Notes: a model not told the origin generated them from the letters alone. Positions 17,179-28,966 are shown, counted from the whole stretch's first letter. The stretch is 60,345 bases of DNA, filler included, from Fonticula-like sp. SCN 57-25 (GCA_001724245.1; 3 parts of 3 records of this genome joined end to end with filler, not necessarily neighbours in it); one strand, 5' to 3'. A program made the numbers and translations.

Positions 17179-17268
17179 TGGCGGGTAGGGAGGGATTCGA
17201 ACCCCCGGAACGCTTTCACGTTCGCCGGTTTTCAAGACCGGAGCAATCAACCGCTCTGCCACCTACCC
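17179..17268 (-). tRNA. tRNA-Ser (anticodon TGA), 90 nt
   Basis: GGGTAGG...CCGGTCTTGAAAACCGG, long variable arm, GGTTCGAATCC T-loop, encoded CCA. Confidence 0.97.
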
Positions 17269-17298
17269 GACGGCCACGCGTTTAGCGGCAGCCGCGGC

Positions 17299-18270
17299 TC
17301 ACGGCAAGAGCAGCGTCGAGCCTGTGGTCTCGCGGGCTTCCAGCGCCGCATGCGCCTTGGCGGCATCGGCCAGCGGAAAGGTCTGGTCGATGGCGATCTT
17401 CACCTTGCCCAGCGAGATCATATTGAACAGCGCCTCTGCCGCCAGCCGCAGGTCGTCGGCAGTCCTGATGTACCCACCTGTGGTGGGGCGAGTGAGGAAC
17501 AGCGAGCCCTTCTCCGCCAGGATCGTCAGCCTGGGAATGGAGACCGGGCCAGAGGCGTTACCGAAGCTTACCATCAGGCCACGCGGCCTGAGGCAATCGA
17601 GCGATGGCTCGAAGGTCGCAGCGCCGACGCCGTCATAGACGACGTCGACCCCCTTGCCGCCGGTGAACTGCTTCACACGCTCGACAAAGTTGTCGGTCCG
17701 GTAGTTGATCGTCAGGTCGGCGCCGTTCTTTTCGGCAATGGCGCATTTATCGTCGGAGCCGGCCGTGGCGATCACGGTCGCACCGATCGCCTTGGCCCAT
17801 TGCGTCAGGATCTGCCCGGTGCCACCGGCAGCGGCGTGGATGAGGATGGTCTCACCGGCCTTCAGCGGATGAGTCCAGTGCAGCAGGTAAAAGGCCGTCA
17901 AACCTTTGAGAATCGCCGCCGCCGCCACCTCGTAGCTGATGCCATCGGGGATGCGCGCCACCCGGTCGGCCGGCAGCAGGCGCTCCTCGGCATAGGCACC
18001 GACAGAACCCTGGTACGCGACACGGTCGCCGACCCGCCACTGGGTGACATCGGGCCCGACCGCGATCACCTCGCCGGCGCCTTCATTGCCAGCGACGAAC
18101 GGCAACGCCACCTTGTAGAGCCCGGTACGCTGGTAGGTATCGATGAAGTTGAGCCCGATGGCGCGGCTTCGGATCTTGATCTGGCCCGCACCTGGCGAAG
18201 GAACGTCGATCTGCTCCAGGGTCAGCTTTTCCGGGCCGCCAAGTTCGTGGACGACGATCGCGCGGGGCAT
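17299..18270 (-). CDS. qor: NADPH:quinone oxidoreductase (zeta-crystallin/MDR family)
   Basis: GLNFIDTYQRTGLY, HAAAGGTG and GKGVDVVYDGVG motifs. Confidence 0.95.
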   Translation of the reverse strand: MPRAIVVHELGGPEKLTLEQIDVPSPGAGQIKIRSRAIGLNFIDTYQRTGLYKVALPFVAGNEGAGEVIAVGPDVTQWRVGDRVAYQGSVGAYAEERLLPADRVARIPDGISYEVAAAAILKGLTAFYLLHWTHPLKAGETILIHAAAGGTGQILTQWAKAIGATVIATAGSDDKCAIAEKNGADLTINYRTDNFVERVKQFTGGKGVDVVYDGVGAATFEPSLDCLRPRGLMVSFGNASGPVSIPRLTILAEKGSLFLTRPTTGGYIRTADDLRLAAEALFNMISLGKVKIAIDQTFPLADAAKAHAALEARETTGSTLLLP

Positions 18271-18273
18271 GGC

Positions 18274-19776
18274 TTACCTCATGTAGTTCACCAGCGACAG
18301 CTGGCTGAGCAGCGCCGTGGTCTGATAGCTCGCTTCAAGGCGCGTCTTCAGCGCCAGGATTTCCATGGCGATCGTCTCGGTCGGCGCCGCCTCGATCTGC
18401 TCTAGCATGTTTCCGAGCTGGGCGGAGTGCGCGGTATGCCGCTCGGCGATCGCCCCGGTGGTGCTCTGCGCGAGGCCGAGCTCGACGGTGATGGCAGCCA
18501 GCGAGCCGGGCTGGTTGTCCTTGGTGTCGGCCAGCCGGGCGGCGTTGCGCGACATCATCGAGGAGTACCGCTTCTCCGAAGTCGGATCGGCATCAGGGAA
18601 ATCCTGCACGGCGACAGCAGCGAGGGTCTGGATCAGGTTGATGAACCCGGCCTCGTTGGCCTGCACGCCGTAACCGACGGTGGTCCCCTCGCCCACCCGC
18701 GCCGTCACTGTGCTGCGCGGGTCGGCGCTGTCCTCTCCGGTGTACCACAGCATGGTGTTGGCCGAGGTCCCGGCGACGAGCCCGGTGGCCGTGTCGAAGG
18801 GCGGGCCATCGACCCGCATCACCTGCTGGCCCTGACCGTTGAAGAAGTTCTCCGCCGCGGCATAGGCGGACGCCGAAACCAGCGTGGTCTCGGCGAGCTG
18901 CTTGACCGAACCGGTCAACGCCGTCTCGAAGCTGGCGGCGGTCGCATCGGCATCGGCGCCGATCTGGAACTCGCCGTCTCCCGGCGTGCCCGTGGTGGCG
19001 ACGAGGACGATCTGCTCCTCGGTACCGTCAGGCATGGTGAAGCTGACCTGCACCTTGTCGCCGGCATTGGGCAGCGGGGTGCCGAACTTGACGGTCAGCG
19101 CCGGCGGCGGACCGCCGCCGGGCGCGGTGACAGCAATATTGGCCGAAGTGGTGGTGACGCCCGAGAGCTTCATGCCGAACACGGTCGTCTCTTCGGCCAG
19201 CGTCACCGTGTCGGTGACGCGGCTGATGTCCAGCCGACCCAGGTGGTCGGCGCCCAGGTCGGCGAGCTTGCGTTCGCCCGCCACCTGCTTGAAGCCGGCA
19301 CGGGCGCCGACGCCGTTCATCACGTCGGACGGCGTCGCCACCGGCTGGTTGTCGGTGCGGTTACCGCCGAACATGTAGCGGCCGGCGACATCGGTATTGA
19401 GCAGCGTCAGCACCTCGTCGAAGCGCGACTGGGCCAGCGTCGGGGTAGTCTGGAAGTTGATACCGGAGGTACCGCCACCGCCCGAGATCGCAGCGGCACG
19501 GGCATCGGACTCGATGGTATCGAGCCGGCTCATCACCGTATCGAGCACCTCGAGGCGCAGGTTCACCGTGGAAATCGACTGCTGGTAGCCCTCCATCCGA
19601 GCCATGCGCTGGCGCAGCGCCAGGTCGAAATAGCGATCCGACCCCATCTCGGCGAGGGTCGAGGCCTTCTCGCCACTGGCCAGCTGCGTCTGCAGCTGAT
19701 CGTAACGGGCCTTCATGGCGGTGATGTTCTTGATGCCGTTGGCGAGCGGGAACATCGTCTTGCCGACAGAGGTCAT
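18274..19776 (-). CDS. flgL: Flagellar hook-associated protein 3 (FlgL/flagellin-like)
   Basis: QTQLASGEK N-terminus, LNTDVAGRYMFGG, LEASYQTTALLSQLSLVNYM C-terminus; follows flgK. Confidence 0.85.
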   Translation of the reverse strand: MTSVGKTMFPLANGIKNITAMKARYDQLQTQLASGEKASTLAEMGSDRYFDLALRQRMARMEGYQQSISTVNLRLEVLDTVMSRLDTIESDARAAAISGGGGTSGINFQTTPTLAQSRFDEVLTLLNTDVAGRYMFGGNRTDNQPVATPSDVMNGVGARAGFKQVAGERKLADLGADHLGRLDISRVTDTVTLAEETTVFGMKLSGVTTTSANIAVTAPGGGPPPALTVKFGTPLPNAGDKVQVSFTMPDGTEEQIVLVATTGTPGDGEFQIGADADATAASFETALTGSVKQLAETTLVSASAYAAAENFFNGQGQQVMRVDGPPFDTATGLVAGTSANTMLWYTGEDSADPRSTVTARVGEGTTVGYGVQANEAGFINLIQTLAAVAVQDFPDADPTSEKRYSSMMSRNAARLADTKDNQPGSLAAITVELGLAQSTTGAIAERHTAHSAQLGNMLEQIEAAPTETIAMEILALKTRLEASYQTTALLSQLSLVNYMR

Positions 19777-19788
19777 GGTGTTCGCTCC

Positions 19789-21622
19789 TTACAACTGCAT
19801 CAGGGAGTCCATCAGTTCCTGCACCACGCTCATCACCCGCGCGTTGGCGGCGAAGGCGTTCTGCAGTTCCATCAGGCGCGCCATTTCTTCGTCGACATCG
19901 ACGCCATACTCGTTGTCGAGCCGCTGCGTCAGGGCATCGAGCGTCTGCTGCTGCGTCTCGTTGTTGGAGATCGCCGCCTCGGCAACGTTGCCCTGGTAGT
20001 TGAGGGTCTGCGAGATCAGATCGGCGACCGTGCCGCCCAGCCGCGAGCTGGCATTGGTGAGACCCGCCCCCTGCCCGCCCGAAAAGCGCATGTCGTCGAG
20101 ATTGGAGATCAGCTGGTTGAGCCGATCCTGGTCGCCCAGCGGCGTGGTGCCGGTGTACTGCACCAGGAGCTTGTTGTCGGCGACGATCGAGGCGTTGACG
20201 CTGATGCGGCTGGCGAAGCCCAGCTTCTGGCCTGTTGGTGAAATCGGCATTGTTGGTGTCGACGAACAGCGAGAAGCCGAGCGTGCCGTTCTGCAGTCCG
20301 GATGAGGTGGTGCGGGTCGAAAGCGACAGCATGTCGGTCGTCCCGGCGACACCGTCGTCCATGATCCTGAGCGTATTGCCCGAAGGGTTCGAGACGGTGA
20401 GACCGCCCCCCAGCCGGTTCTGCAGCTGCGAGGCGACACCCGCGGTGCCGCCGGAAAAATCGAGCCCGATCACCCGGGCGCCGTTGGCATCGATATAGTC
20501 GAGCGGCAGCTTGGTGGTGTCGTCGACCCGCAGCACGCGAACGGTCTTCTCCGCCCCGCCCTGGGTGTATTTGAAGGTGAACTCGTTGCCGTTCCTGACG
20601 GTCGAGAGGTCGACCTCGTAGCCATTGGACGGGCCCGAGGTGACCTGCGTGCCCTGGGTCACGTTGGTCGACATCGCCTGGGCGACCGAGGCAGCGATCT
20701 CGTCGAGCTGATCCTGGGCCTGCACCAGTTGCTGATCGCGCAACTGGATGAGGCCCGCAAGCTCGCCCGACTGCAGCACGTTCTGCTTGACGAGGTCGAT
20801 TTCCAACCCGGCCGGAGTCATGATGGTGAGCTTGCCGACGCCGCTCACTGCGTCGTTCGGGCTGAAGCGCGAGGCCGCCGACAGCGCTCCGGCGCTTTCG
20901 TAGTTGAACACCGAGGCTTTGACATCGAGGATACCGACGCCGGAACGGGTCATCAGCGACACCGTGCCGTCGCTGCGATAGCTGACGCGCAGATCCATCT
21001 GCTGCGACAGATCCTCGACCAGCCGGTCGCGCTGGTCCATCAGGGTAGCGCGGGAGGTGTCGTCGATGCCCTGGTCGGCGAGCCTGAGGTTCACCTTCTC
21101 CAGCGACTGCAACTGGTTGTTGATGGTGTCGACGCCATTGGAAAGCTTGGCCTCGATCTCCTGCCGCAACGACTGGATATCGGAGCTCAGCCGGTTGAGC
21201 GTCGAGGCCACGGTCTGCGCCTTCTGCACCAGGTCGGCGCGGTTGGCATAGCTGTCGGGGCTGGTGGCGGCGGCCGCGAGTGAACTCTCGAAGGCATTGT
21301 AGGCGCTGTCGATCGAGCCGACCGTGCCGGGCTTGCCGAACAGGGTCTGCACCCGGTCGAGGAAGCTCGCCTGCACGCTGGTGAAGCCGGATTCGGCGGT
21401 GGTCCGCGTGTAGTGCGCCTGCAGCGACTGGTTGAAGGTGCGGCTGAGCTGGCCCTCGCGGGCGTAGGTCGAGTTGACGCCCAACGAGTCGATGACGCTG
21501 ACCGAACGCCGATGATAGCCGGGAGTACCGGCATTGGCGACGTTGTTGGACAGCGTATCGAGCGCGTTCTGGCCGACACGCATGCCCGAAAGCGCATTGC
21601 TGAGGGTAACCGAGAGCCCCAT
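19789..21622 (-). pseudogene. flgK: Flagellar hook-associated protein FlgK, frameshifted near 20233
   Basis: N-terminal SNNVANAGTPGYHR in one frame; C-terminal GVDVDEEMARLMELQNAFAANARV in another; junction TTC ACC AAC A GGC CAG AAG. Confidence 0.85.
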
Positions 21623-21646
21623 ACCACCCTGCTCCAGTTGAGAAAG

Positions 21647-21675
21647 CTCCGGCGCGGGGGCTGCCCGCGCCGGAG
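21647..21675 (-). terminator. GC-rich hairpin between flgE and flgK
   Basis: 12-bp stem CTCCGGCGCGGG/CCCGCGCCGGAG followed by CTTTCT on the minus strand. Confidence 0.45.
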
Positions 21676-21690
21676 AGGTTCAGCTCCGCG

Positions 21691-22815
21691 TCAGCGGATC
21701 ATGTTCAGCGATTCCTGCAGCATCTGGTCGGCCGCCGAAACGATGCGGGTGCCGGCGGCATAGGCCTGCTGGGTGACGATCAGCTTGGTGAACTCCTCGG
21801 AGATGTCGGTATTCGAGGCCTCGACGGCCGAACCGATCACCCCGTCGGTGTCGAGCAGCGGCTCGCCCGATTCCGAAGTCGCCGCGAACACCCCGCCATC
21901 CATGCGCTTAAGCGCATTGACCGCGTTGAAGTTGGCGGTGACCACCTGGGCCACTTCGAGCTGCTGGCCGTTGGTGTAGGAGACGACGACACGACCGTTG
22001 TCGTTGACCGCCACCGACACGAACTCGCCGGCGGCGTAGCCGTTCTGGTTGAGGGTCGTCACTTCGGCGTTGCCGTTCGGATCGGCGAACTGGGTCAGGC
22101 CCGAGGCGCCGTGCTGCAGGCGGATGTCGCCGATGGTGACGCCGTTGACGGTGAGACCGGGCAGCTCGGTGGTCTCGACCGGCGGGTTGGGCGAGCCGTC
22201 GGGCCCGAAGGTGTAATCGTCACCCACCCGGGTCCAGGCCGTACCGGTGCCGGTCGCCTGGGAATTGGTGAGGATGAACAGGTTCCATTTCTCGGCGCCG
22301 CCATTGGCGGTCGAGTTCACCTTGGCCCAGCGCATCTGTACGTTGGCCGGGGCGCCGTTGCCGGCATAGACCGTCACCGCGCCGCCCGAGATCGACTGCG
22401 AGATGAAGGTGTCGGCCTTGTCGGCGCTGATGGTGTTGACGCGCTGCTGCAAGGCGAGCGACGACGAAACGGTCGGGTTGTAAGTGCCGTCGGCGAGGCC
22501 GAGGCCAAGCGACGACGTGCCGGTGGTGTTGTCGGCGATCTGCACCACGTCGGTGGCGTCGGCGCCGGTCACGGTGATCGCGCCGCTCGAGTTGAGCGCG
22601 ATGGTGGGCCGATCGCCGGCCGGCAATGCGCCGTTGATCGCCGTCTGGATGGCCGTCAGCAGGCCACCGACGGTGCCGGCGGCAGTCACGTCGATGTCGG
22701 TACCGCTATTGGGACCGCCCTCGTTGAAGTTGAGCGTGACCGGCGTGCCGTTCACCGTGATGGTCAGGCTGTTGCCGGCGACGGCGAGCGTATTGGCGGC
22801 GGCGCCGCTGGTCGT
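21691..22815 (-). CDS. flgE: Flagellar hook protein FlgE (5' part cut by contig end)
   Basis: EASNTDISEEFTKLIVTQQAYAAGTRIV basal-body/hook C-terminal motif; QNGYAAGE. Confidence 0.9.
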   Translation of the reverse strand, partial: TTSGAAANTLAVAGNSLTITVNGTPVTLNFNEGGPNSGTDIDVTAAGTVGGLLTAIQTAINGALPAGDRPTIALNSSGAITVTGADATDVVQIADNTTGTSSLGLGLADGTYNPTVSSSLALQQRVNTISADKADTFISQSISGGAVTVYAGNGAPANVQMRWAKVNSTANGGAEKWNLFILTNSQATGTGTAWTRVGDDYTFGPDGSPNPPVETTELPGLTVNGVTIGDIRLQHGASGLTQFADPNGNAEVTTLNQNGYAAGEFVSVAVNDNGRVVVSYTNGQQLEVAQVVTANFNAVNALKRMDGGVFAATSESGEPLLDTDGVIGSAVEASNTDISEEFTKLIVTQQAYAAGTRIVSAADQMLQESLNMIR

Positions 22816-22915
22816 NNNNNNNNNNNNNNNNNNNNNNNNNNNNNNNNNNNNNNNNNNNNTTAATTAATTAANNNNNNNNNNNNNNNNNNNNNNNNNNNNN
22901 NNNNNNNNNNNNNNN
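22816..22915. other. Artificial contig linker
   Basis: N44-TTAATTAATTAA-N44, with stop codons in all six frames. Confidence 0.98.
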
Positions 22916-23809
22916 CTCGCCAACGTTGTAGACGACCACCTTATGGAGATCACGCATGTGCTGCGCGGCGAAGAATGGCTTTCTTCCACGCCAAAGCACC
23001 TTTTGCTTTACAAGGCGTTTGGCTGGTCCCCTCCTTCTTTTGCGCACCTCCCCCTTTTACTTGACGAGAATCGCGCCAAGTTGTCCAAGCGCCACCGCGC
23101 GGCCGACGTTGCCGCCCTCGAACAAGACTTTTTGCCCGAAGCCGTCGTCAACTTTGCCGCACAGCTTGGCTGGACGCCGCCCGGCAGCGCCGAAGTGCAG
23201 ACGCCCGACGAGCTCGCTGCCTCGTTCGAAGTGTCGGCGCTCAACAAGGGCGCCTCGATGGTCCAGGCCGTCAAGCTCGAGTGGTTCAACCGGCAGCACA
23301 TCCAGCGCCTCGCGGCCACCGACAGCGGCGTCGAGCGGCTCGTCGGTATCGTCAAGCCGCGCATACTAAAGTTGCTCGAGACGGCCGAGCCAATCCCAGA
23401 GCGCGGGCGCGAGCCCGACGACGCGTACCTGAGGAGTGTCGTGCGTGTCGCCCACGAGCGCATGACGCTCCTCAGCGACGTGGCGGGGCCGCTCGCCTAC
23501 TTTGTCGCGGAGCCAAGGTGGAGCGAGCCGGCTTTGCTCGCGCGCCGCGCAAAGCTGCGGGCCGATGCGCTCGAGCACGTGCGCACGGCACTCCGCGGCG
23601 CGCTCGACGGCGTGAGCGACTGGGAAAATGTCGCCGACATTGGAAAGGCGATTGACGACACATTAAGGAGCGGGCCGGCGCCGTACAAGGACCAGATGCT
23701 GGCCGCGCGGTTTGCGCTCACGGGCGAGCAGGTCGGGCCGAGCCTCGCAAGCATCGCGCACGTCCTCTCCCGGAGCGTCACGCTGCGGCGGCTCGCTATT
23801 GAGCACTGA
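22916..23809 (+). CDS. Glutamyl-tRNA synthetase, bacterial/mitochondrial type (5' truncated)
   Basis: LANVVDDHLMEITHVLRGEEW and KLSKR (KMSKS) motifs; eukaryotic context implies the mitochondrial enzyme. Confidence 0.92.
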   Translation, partial: LANVVDDHLMEITHVLRGEEWLSSTPKHLLLYKAFGWSPPSFAHLPLLLDENRAKLSKRHRAADVAALEQDFLPEAVVNFAAQLGWTPPGSAEVQTPDELAASFEVSALNKGASMVQAVKLEWFNRQHIQRLAATDSGVERLVGIVKPRILKLLETAEPIPERGREPDDAYLRSVVRVAHERMTLLSDVAGPLAYFVAEPRWSEPALLARRAKLRADALEHVRTALRGALDGVSDWENVADIGKAIDDTLRSGPAPYKDQMLAARFALTGEQVGPSLASIAHVLSRSVTLRRLAIEH

Positions 23810-24011
23810 CATTCTTTTTTGTTGGACATCAAAATGTAAATTGTATGTATTTACGGTCAAAGGCTGCATTGGGCGCGGAACGAAAAGACAAAGAACGTAC
23901 AGGGAAATATGCATAAACGAAACAGATGCATAAAGGGAAACCACACAAAACTAATAATGCGAATTCCGCCGTTCCCGGCGACACTAGACGTGTTCTATAA
24001 ACACAACGATG

Positions 24012-27000
24012 CTAAACAAAGATGTCGCTTGCGCGGCGGACCAGCAGCTCAACAGTGACACACTAGACGCATATTTAGCGACATATGCCGGAAAAGAGGG
24101 CGCGTACCTGGGCCTGAAGTGCTCCGATGTCGTCCGTCGGCGAGCGCATCAGCGTGGGGCCAAACACGGCACCCAAATTCTGCGGCAGCATTTTGTTCTC
24201 GTTTGAATGCGCGGCCACACTTTTACCATGCTTAGCGAGAGGATAAACAAGCATATGCTGCGTACCGGTTGAGGTGGGTGATAAAGTAGAGCAGCACGAT
24301 GCGGTTCCTCTTGGGGATCTTTTCAATCGCCGCTTTCAGGCGCGCTATCCTCGTTTCCTCATCCAGCTTTGGCTCGCCTACGCGCCCATATCAGCATTAA
24401 TTTCCTTCATACTTGCAAAAAAGGGTCAGTAGACGTACCGGCAGTGATCCGGGCAAACTCGTTAAAGCTGGCGAATGGGATGACCGGGTCGGGCAGCTCG
24501 CGGAACCACATCTTGACGGCGCCCGTGATGACGTGGACGTCGGGCCACTCGCCTGCCACCGGCAACAGTCAGGCAAAGCAATATAGATAAAAGCGTCGCA
24601 CCTTCGTCGTCAAAGTTGGGGCGGCCGAATGACAGGTGGAGCCGGACGCGCTCAATGTCCTTTTTCACGCCCGAAAGACGGTAGAGGCCCTCAATGTCGA
24701 GTCCGCGGCGCTCGATGGCCGATACGCAGGCGCGGATGATGAGCGGGACTTCGTCGTCCTCACACGGTGCGTGCTCGAGTGGCACGCCAAACGCGTCCGC
24801 TGAAGCCGGGTGAGAAACGGGCAAGGGAATGGGCAGGAAGAAAAATGGATAGATAGATAGAACATATGCGCATATTGACACAAAAGATGAGTAAATGCGT
24901 ACCACCGAGCCTATCCAGGGATTTCGTGATGATACTGTTGGGCCGTCCTTTCAATCTAGATACATTTACGTCAGCAATGCTCATAAATCATTCTTTTTTT
25001 GCGCACTTCTCTTCTTCTGGCGTGCGCTTTCTGCTGAGTGCCGTCTTGACCGCGCGCGTGGCCGACTCAACCATTCCCTTCCTGCTTGTCGGCGACGACC
25101 CGTCCAGGGCCGCGCGCAGCGACGCCATGGATACAAGGCCGCAGTCGGGCGGGATCCGCGGCACGCACCGCTCATGGCACGACGTGTCGCAGTCTACATC
25201 GTCAATGTTAGCGCGGCACAGTAAAAGTGCGGCTTCGCACAGTTGCAGCGGTAGCCGCGGGTGTGAATTGACGTCTGGCAGCTCTTGCACTTTGTTGGGT
25301 GCAGCCAAAAGTTTTCCTCTTTAAACTTGTGCGGGATACAGTGGCTGCGCCTCGCCATGGTCGCTGCTCGGCCACCATTAGAACACAATGAAAAAGGATC
25401 TGATACGCACCCGACTTTAGGCGGCAGGCGTCCTGCAGCCTCGCGCTCCAGTTTGCGAGCTCGTCGGCCGCCACGTCCAGGAGGAATTCGCCGTCGGTTA
25501 CTGTGCGCAGCAGCAGCACGCTCAGCGCCGACGTCAGCGAGTCAAAACCAAAAGTAGAGTCCATGTGAAGGTCGGCGCTCTCGTCGGCATACGACTCGAC
25601 AGTACCGCCCGCCACATTCAGCAGCGCAAACAGCTGAAAAAAAGCATGTTTAGCAAGAGAAATTACAGATATATGCAACTTTATGCCCAAAGGCAAGATT
25701 TATGTACGTACTTGGTCGCTCTTTGTGGTCAACCTGAGGCTCGAGCCGCGCAGAGACGCGCGCACGGGGATCCACTCTGGGCTCATCTTGATTTCTGAGT
25801 ACTCGCCCGGCACAACCACCTTGACGCGCATCGCCGCGCCCACCGCCGCGGCGGACCCCGGCGTCTTTGGCGAGTCGAGGTCAGCGTTGGTGGCGGGCGT
25901 CTTTGGCGAGTCGCCGCGCTCCGCCAAGGGCGACGCCGCAGCGGGCGACCCGCCCGTCGAGCTGGGCCGCCCGCTCGCACTCTCGTCAGCCCCATCGGCC
26001 GAGTTGGACGCCTGCGACGAGCGCCGCATGCTGCTCGCGGTCGGCACGAGCGAAATGGGGATGCCGTACCGCGCCTCGGGGGCGTGCGCCTGGCGCGCGT
26101 GCGGGTGGCGCATCTGCGGCTCGGGAAGAGGCGTCATGGGCGACGCGGCCTCGTGGGCAGAGCGACGGCCGGAAGTGTCGATTGCGACGCGGCCGCTGCT
26201 CGCAACGCGCGTCATCTTGAGAGCGGCGAGCTTGTCCTTGTCCACTTCGCGAAGCAAAAGGTCGTACTTGGCCTGAAGCTCATTAAACTTTGTATTGAGG
26301 TCGACTGTCGGCAAAGGTAAATAAGCAATAGACGCAGAGATAGAGTAAAGAAGGCGTACAGAGAACAGTGTCTTGTGATGAGGACGACTCGAGGCGCTCC
26401 GCTTCCATCGCGTGAACGCGCTCTTGCAGCTCGGCGTACATTGTGCGGAATTCCTCCACGGCTGCGTTGTGCTGCAGGCGCAGGCGCTCATTCGTGGACT
26501 GCATGTCGTCGAGCTCCCCGGTCAGCACCCTGATGGTCTCGAGGTACGCCGGAGTGCTCTCCTTGGCAGCGGCCAGCTGTGATGCGTGAAGCCGGCGCTC
26601 TTCCTCGAGCGTGCGGTCCCGCTGCGCCACCTGCTCCAGTGCCTGCGCCAGCTGCTCGGCCAGCGAAGGTGCTGCGTCTCCGTTGCTCGCGTCGGCGGCG
26701 GCCACTAGGGGGGCAGGGCGCTCGACAGGAGCGGCGAGGCGGTCGGTCGCCTCCTTCAACTGCGCCTTTAGCAAGGCGTTCTCCACCTGCATATTTAAAA
26801 ATGCTGCGTCTCGCTGGCTGGCATCGCCGCCCGCAATGTCCTCGAACGATCCCTCGCGCGAGTCTTTGAGGTCGCTGAGGATGCGGTTCAGGCCGGCCTC
26901 GCGCGACGATACGGCATCAAGCAGCAGCTTTTGCTCATTGAGCTCCTCGCTGCGGTCAAAAAAGAGGTTACGCCAATATAAAATAATCAATTCAATATCT

Positions 27001-27304
27001 TCGAATGGCTCCGCGTCGTCGCCAAACTCGGTTTCGAGAAACATCTGCGGATGCAACGATGAGCATCGCATCTGGCGGGAGAAGGGGGACGTACTTTGCG
27101 AAGCAAATAGCATTCCGAATGCCATTCGCCGGTCCCTTCATTGTAGACATAGTTGCTCTTAATGTGCCTGGCGCACCCAACACACAGCAGCTCCGACGGC
27201 TTGGACACCTCGTCCTCGTCCTCGGTCGCAGCAGCGATCCCTAGTGCCTGGACCTACCCATTCAAGTCAGCGACCGCCACAGGAGAGCCATTGATAAGTA
27301 CCAT
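24012..27304 (-). CDS. Multi-exon RhoGAP with LIM-like N-terminus, coiled coil, PH-like and C1 domains
   Basis: CVGC...WHSECY; HKF...CKSC...HERC...C (C1); FGVPL...RGLDIEGLYRLSG (Arg finger); NKMLPQNLGAVFGPTL; GT-AG introns. Confidence 0.85.
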
Positions 27305-27544
27305 GCGCTGCCCGCCGCTTAGCTGACGCTCTAAACACAAGCAATTCCAATTAGCAAAACCAGGCCTCAGCCGTTGCCAGATCTCCGTACCCATCACGAT
27401 CTCCCACGTCCCTTGGTCACTTGTGATAGGTTGTTAGAAATCCTTGCAAGGAATGTGTATGTTTGTTGTTGATCGAGATTGGAATTTGGATCCTGAACGG
27501 TAAAGTTCACGCGCGGTGCCCCTCAAGAACCGGGCCGTGTTGAC

Positions 27545-28507
27545 ATGTCGCAGATGGCGGGACCGGGCCTTGTGCTCCAGGAGGTGCGGGAAGGGCTGTG
27601 CTTGCATGTATATGGCGGCTAATATGATTGTACGTGGTGCATAGTTTGAAGCTTCTCCGTTTTGTGACAAGATCCGCCGAGTATTGAATTTCAAGGGCCT
27701 CGCCTACGAGAGCAAGGTGCTGCCCCTGATCGGGAAGCGGCCGCGTACGGCATCGCCAATTCAATTTGAGGTGAGCTAACACACGAATTGTTTAAAGCAA
27801 AGCTCCCCGTTTTGGTTCATGGAAGTAAAGTTGTAGCGGACTCGTCAGTCATCGCCCGGTATATCGAAAAGACGTTCCCCGACCGGCGTCGGTGCGTCCC
27901 CGCGCCCCATTTCACGAGGCTAACTAATGCATGCTGCAGACTGATCCCGACTGATCCCGCCGAGGCTGCCCTTGTGCACGTATTCGAGGAATGGTACGCC
28001 ACGTGACGTTTGCGCAGTGGCTCACGCGATGCTCAGGGCGGACGAGAGCCTCTACTATGTCGAGATGCGCATGCGATTCATCGATGGGGATAACGCGCAG
28101 CGGTTTATTCCTCTGCTACTCAAGGACGATTCTTGGTGCGTGCTTTACTTTTCTCTATGTGCCAGTATGCTCACTGTACTCGAAGGGCCACGCGACAGCT
28201 GCCCAATGCGGCGACGCAGGCGTTCATCAGGAAGCAGCTGAACGCCCAGGGAACCGGCCTGCTATCGCCCGAGGACTTTGCCTCGGTGGTTCAGTCCCAC
28301 TTTGAGCACCTCAGCGCCCTCATAGGCCGACTTCCCTGGCTGGTGGGCGACAGGATATCACTCGCCGACATCGCCGTGTTTGTCATGTTTACATGCATCG
28401 TCATGACACCCGAAGGAAGCAAGCTGCTTGCGGCGTACCCCAACATTGCTGCCTACCTCGAACGCGTCGACAAGGCAACCCAGTCAACAGGCAAGGCAAA
28501 GCTTTAG
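27545..28507 (+). CDS. Glutathione S-transferase family protein (multi-exon)
   Basis: Spliced: FEASPFCDKIRRVLNFKGL...KLPVL...ADSSVIARYIE...WADESLY...WLVGDRISLADIAVF. Confidence 0.88.
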
Positions 28508-28696
28508 AGAGGAAACGCTCCGATGGCTTATGTGGGCCAAATAGAATGCGAGGCCTGATGCCTCAAACACAGAGCTGTACAACAATACATTGATAAAATG
28601 AAAGAAATGCGGCAGAATATGGCCCCAAATTGCTAGAAATGCAGTAGAAATGAACCAGTGAACAGATAACCACGCAAAAAAATAGCAAAAAAAAGA

Positions 28697-28768
28697 CTCT
28701 CCGACCGGGAATTGAACCCGGGTCTCCCGCGTGACAGGCGGGGATACTCACCACTATACTATCGAAGA
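28697..28768 (-). tRNA. tRNA-Asp (GTC), copy 1
   Basis: TCTTCGATAGTATAGTGG...CCTGTCACG...GGTTCAATTCC; no encoded CCA; poly-T terminator. Confidence 0.96.
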
Positions 28769-28837
28769 TTTCGTGTCACATGCAGGCTAAAAACATCACA
28801 TGAATGTAACACTCGCTGGTTTTGCGTCAAAAAAATA

Positions 28838-28909
28838 CTCTCCGACCGGGAATTGAACCCGGGTCTCCCGCGTGACAGGCGGGGATACTCACCACTATAC
28901 TATCGAAGA
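28838..28909 (-). tRNA. tRNA-Asp (GTC), copy 2
   Basis: Identical 72-nt copy offset by 141 bp, with its own poly-T terminator. Confidence 0.96.
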
Positions 28910-28966
28910 TTCGTGATATTATCGGTCGGAAAAAGGCTTTTATATGGACTGAATCTTGACCCAGCC

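Noticed and set aside
19361-20232. 753-aa FlgK with a novel Arg-rich C-terminus
   Set aside because: This is out-of-frame read-through after the frameshift; the true FlgK C-terminus is in the 19789 frame.
22816-22915. Bacterium-to-eukaryote HGT junction between flgE and GluRS
   Set aside because: The junction is a synthetic N44-TTAATTAATTAA-N44 linker, repeated identically at 47414-47513.
22916-23809. Bacterial gltX belonging to the alphaproteobacterial contig
   Set aside because: It lies after the linker, with an AT-rich 3' UTR and intron-containing neighbours; better explained as nuclear-encoded mitochondrial GluRS.
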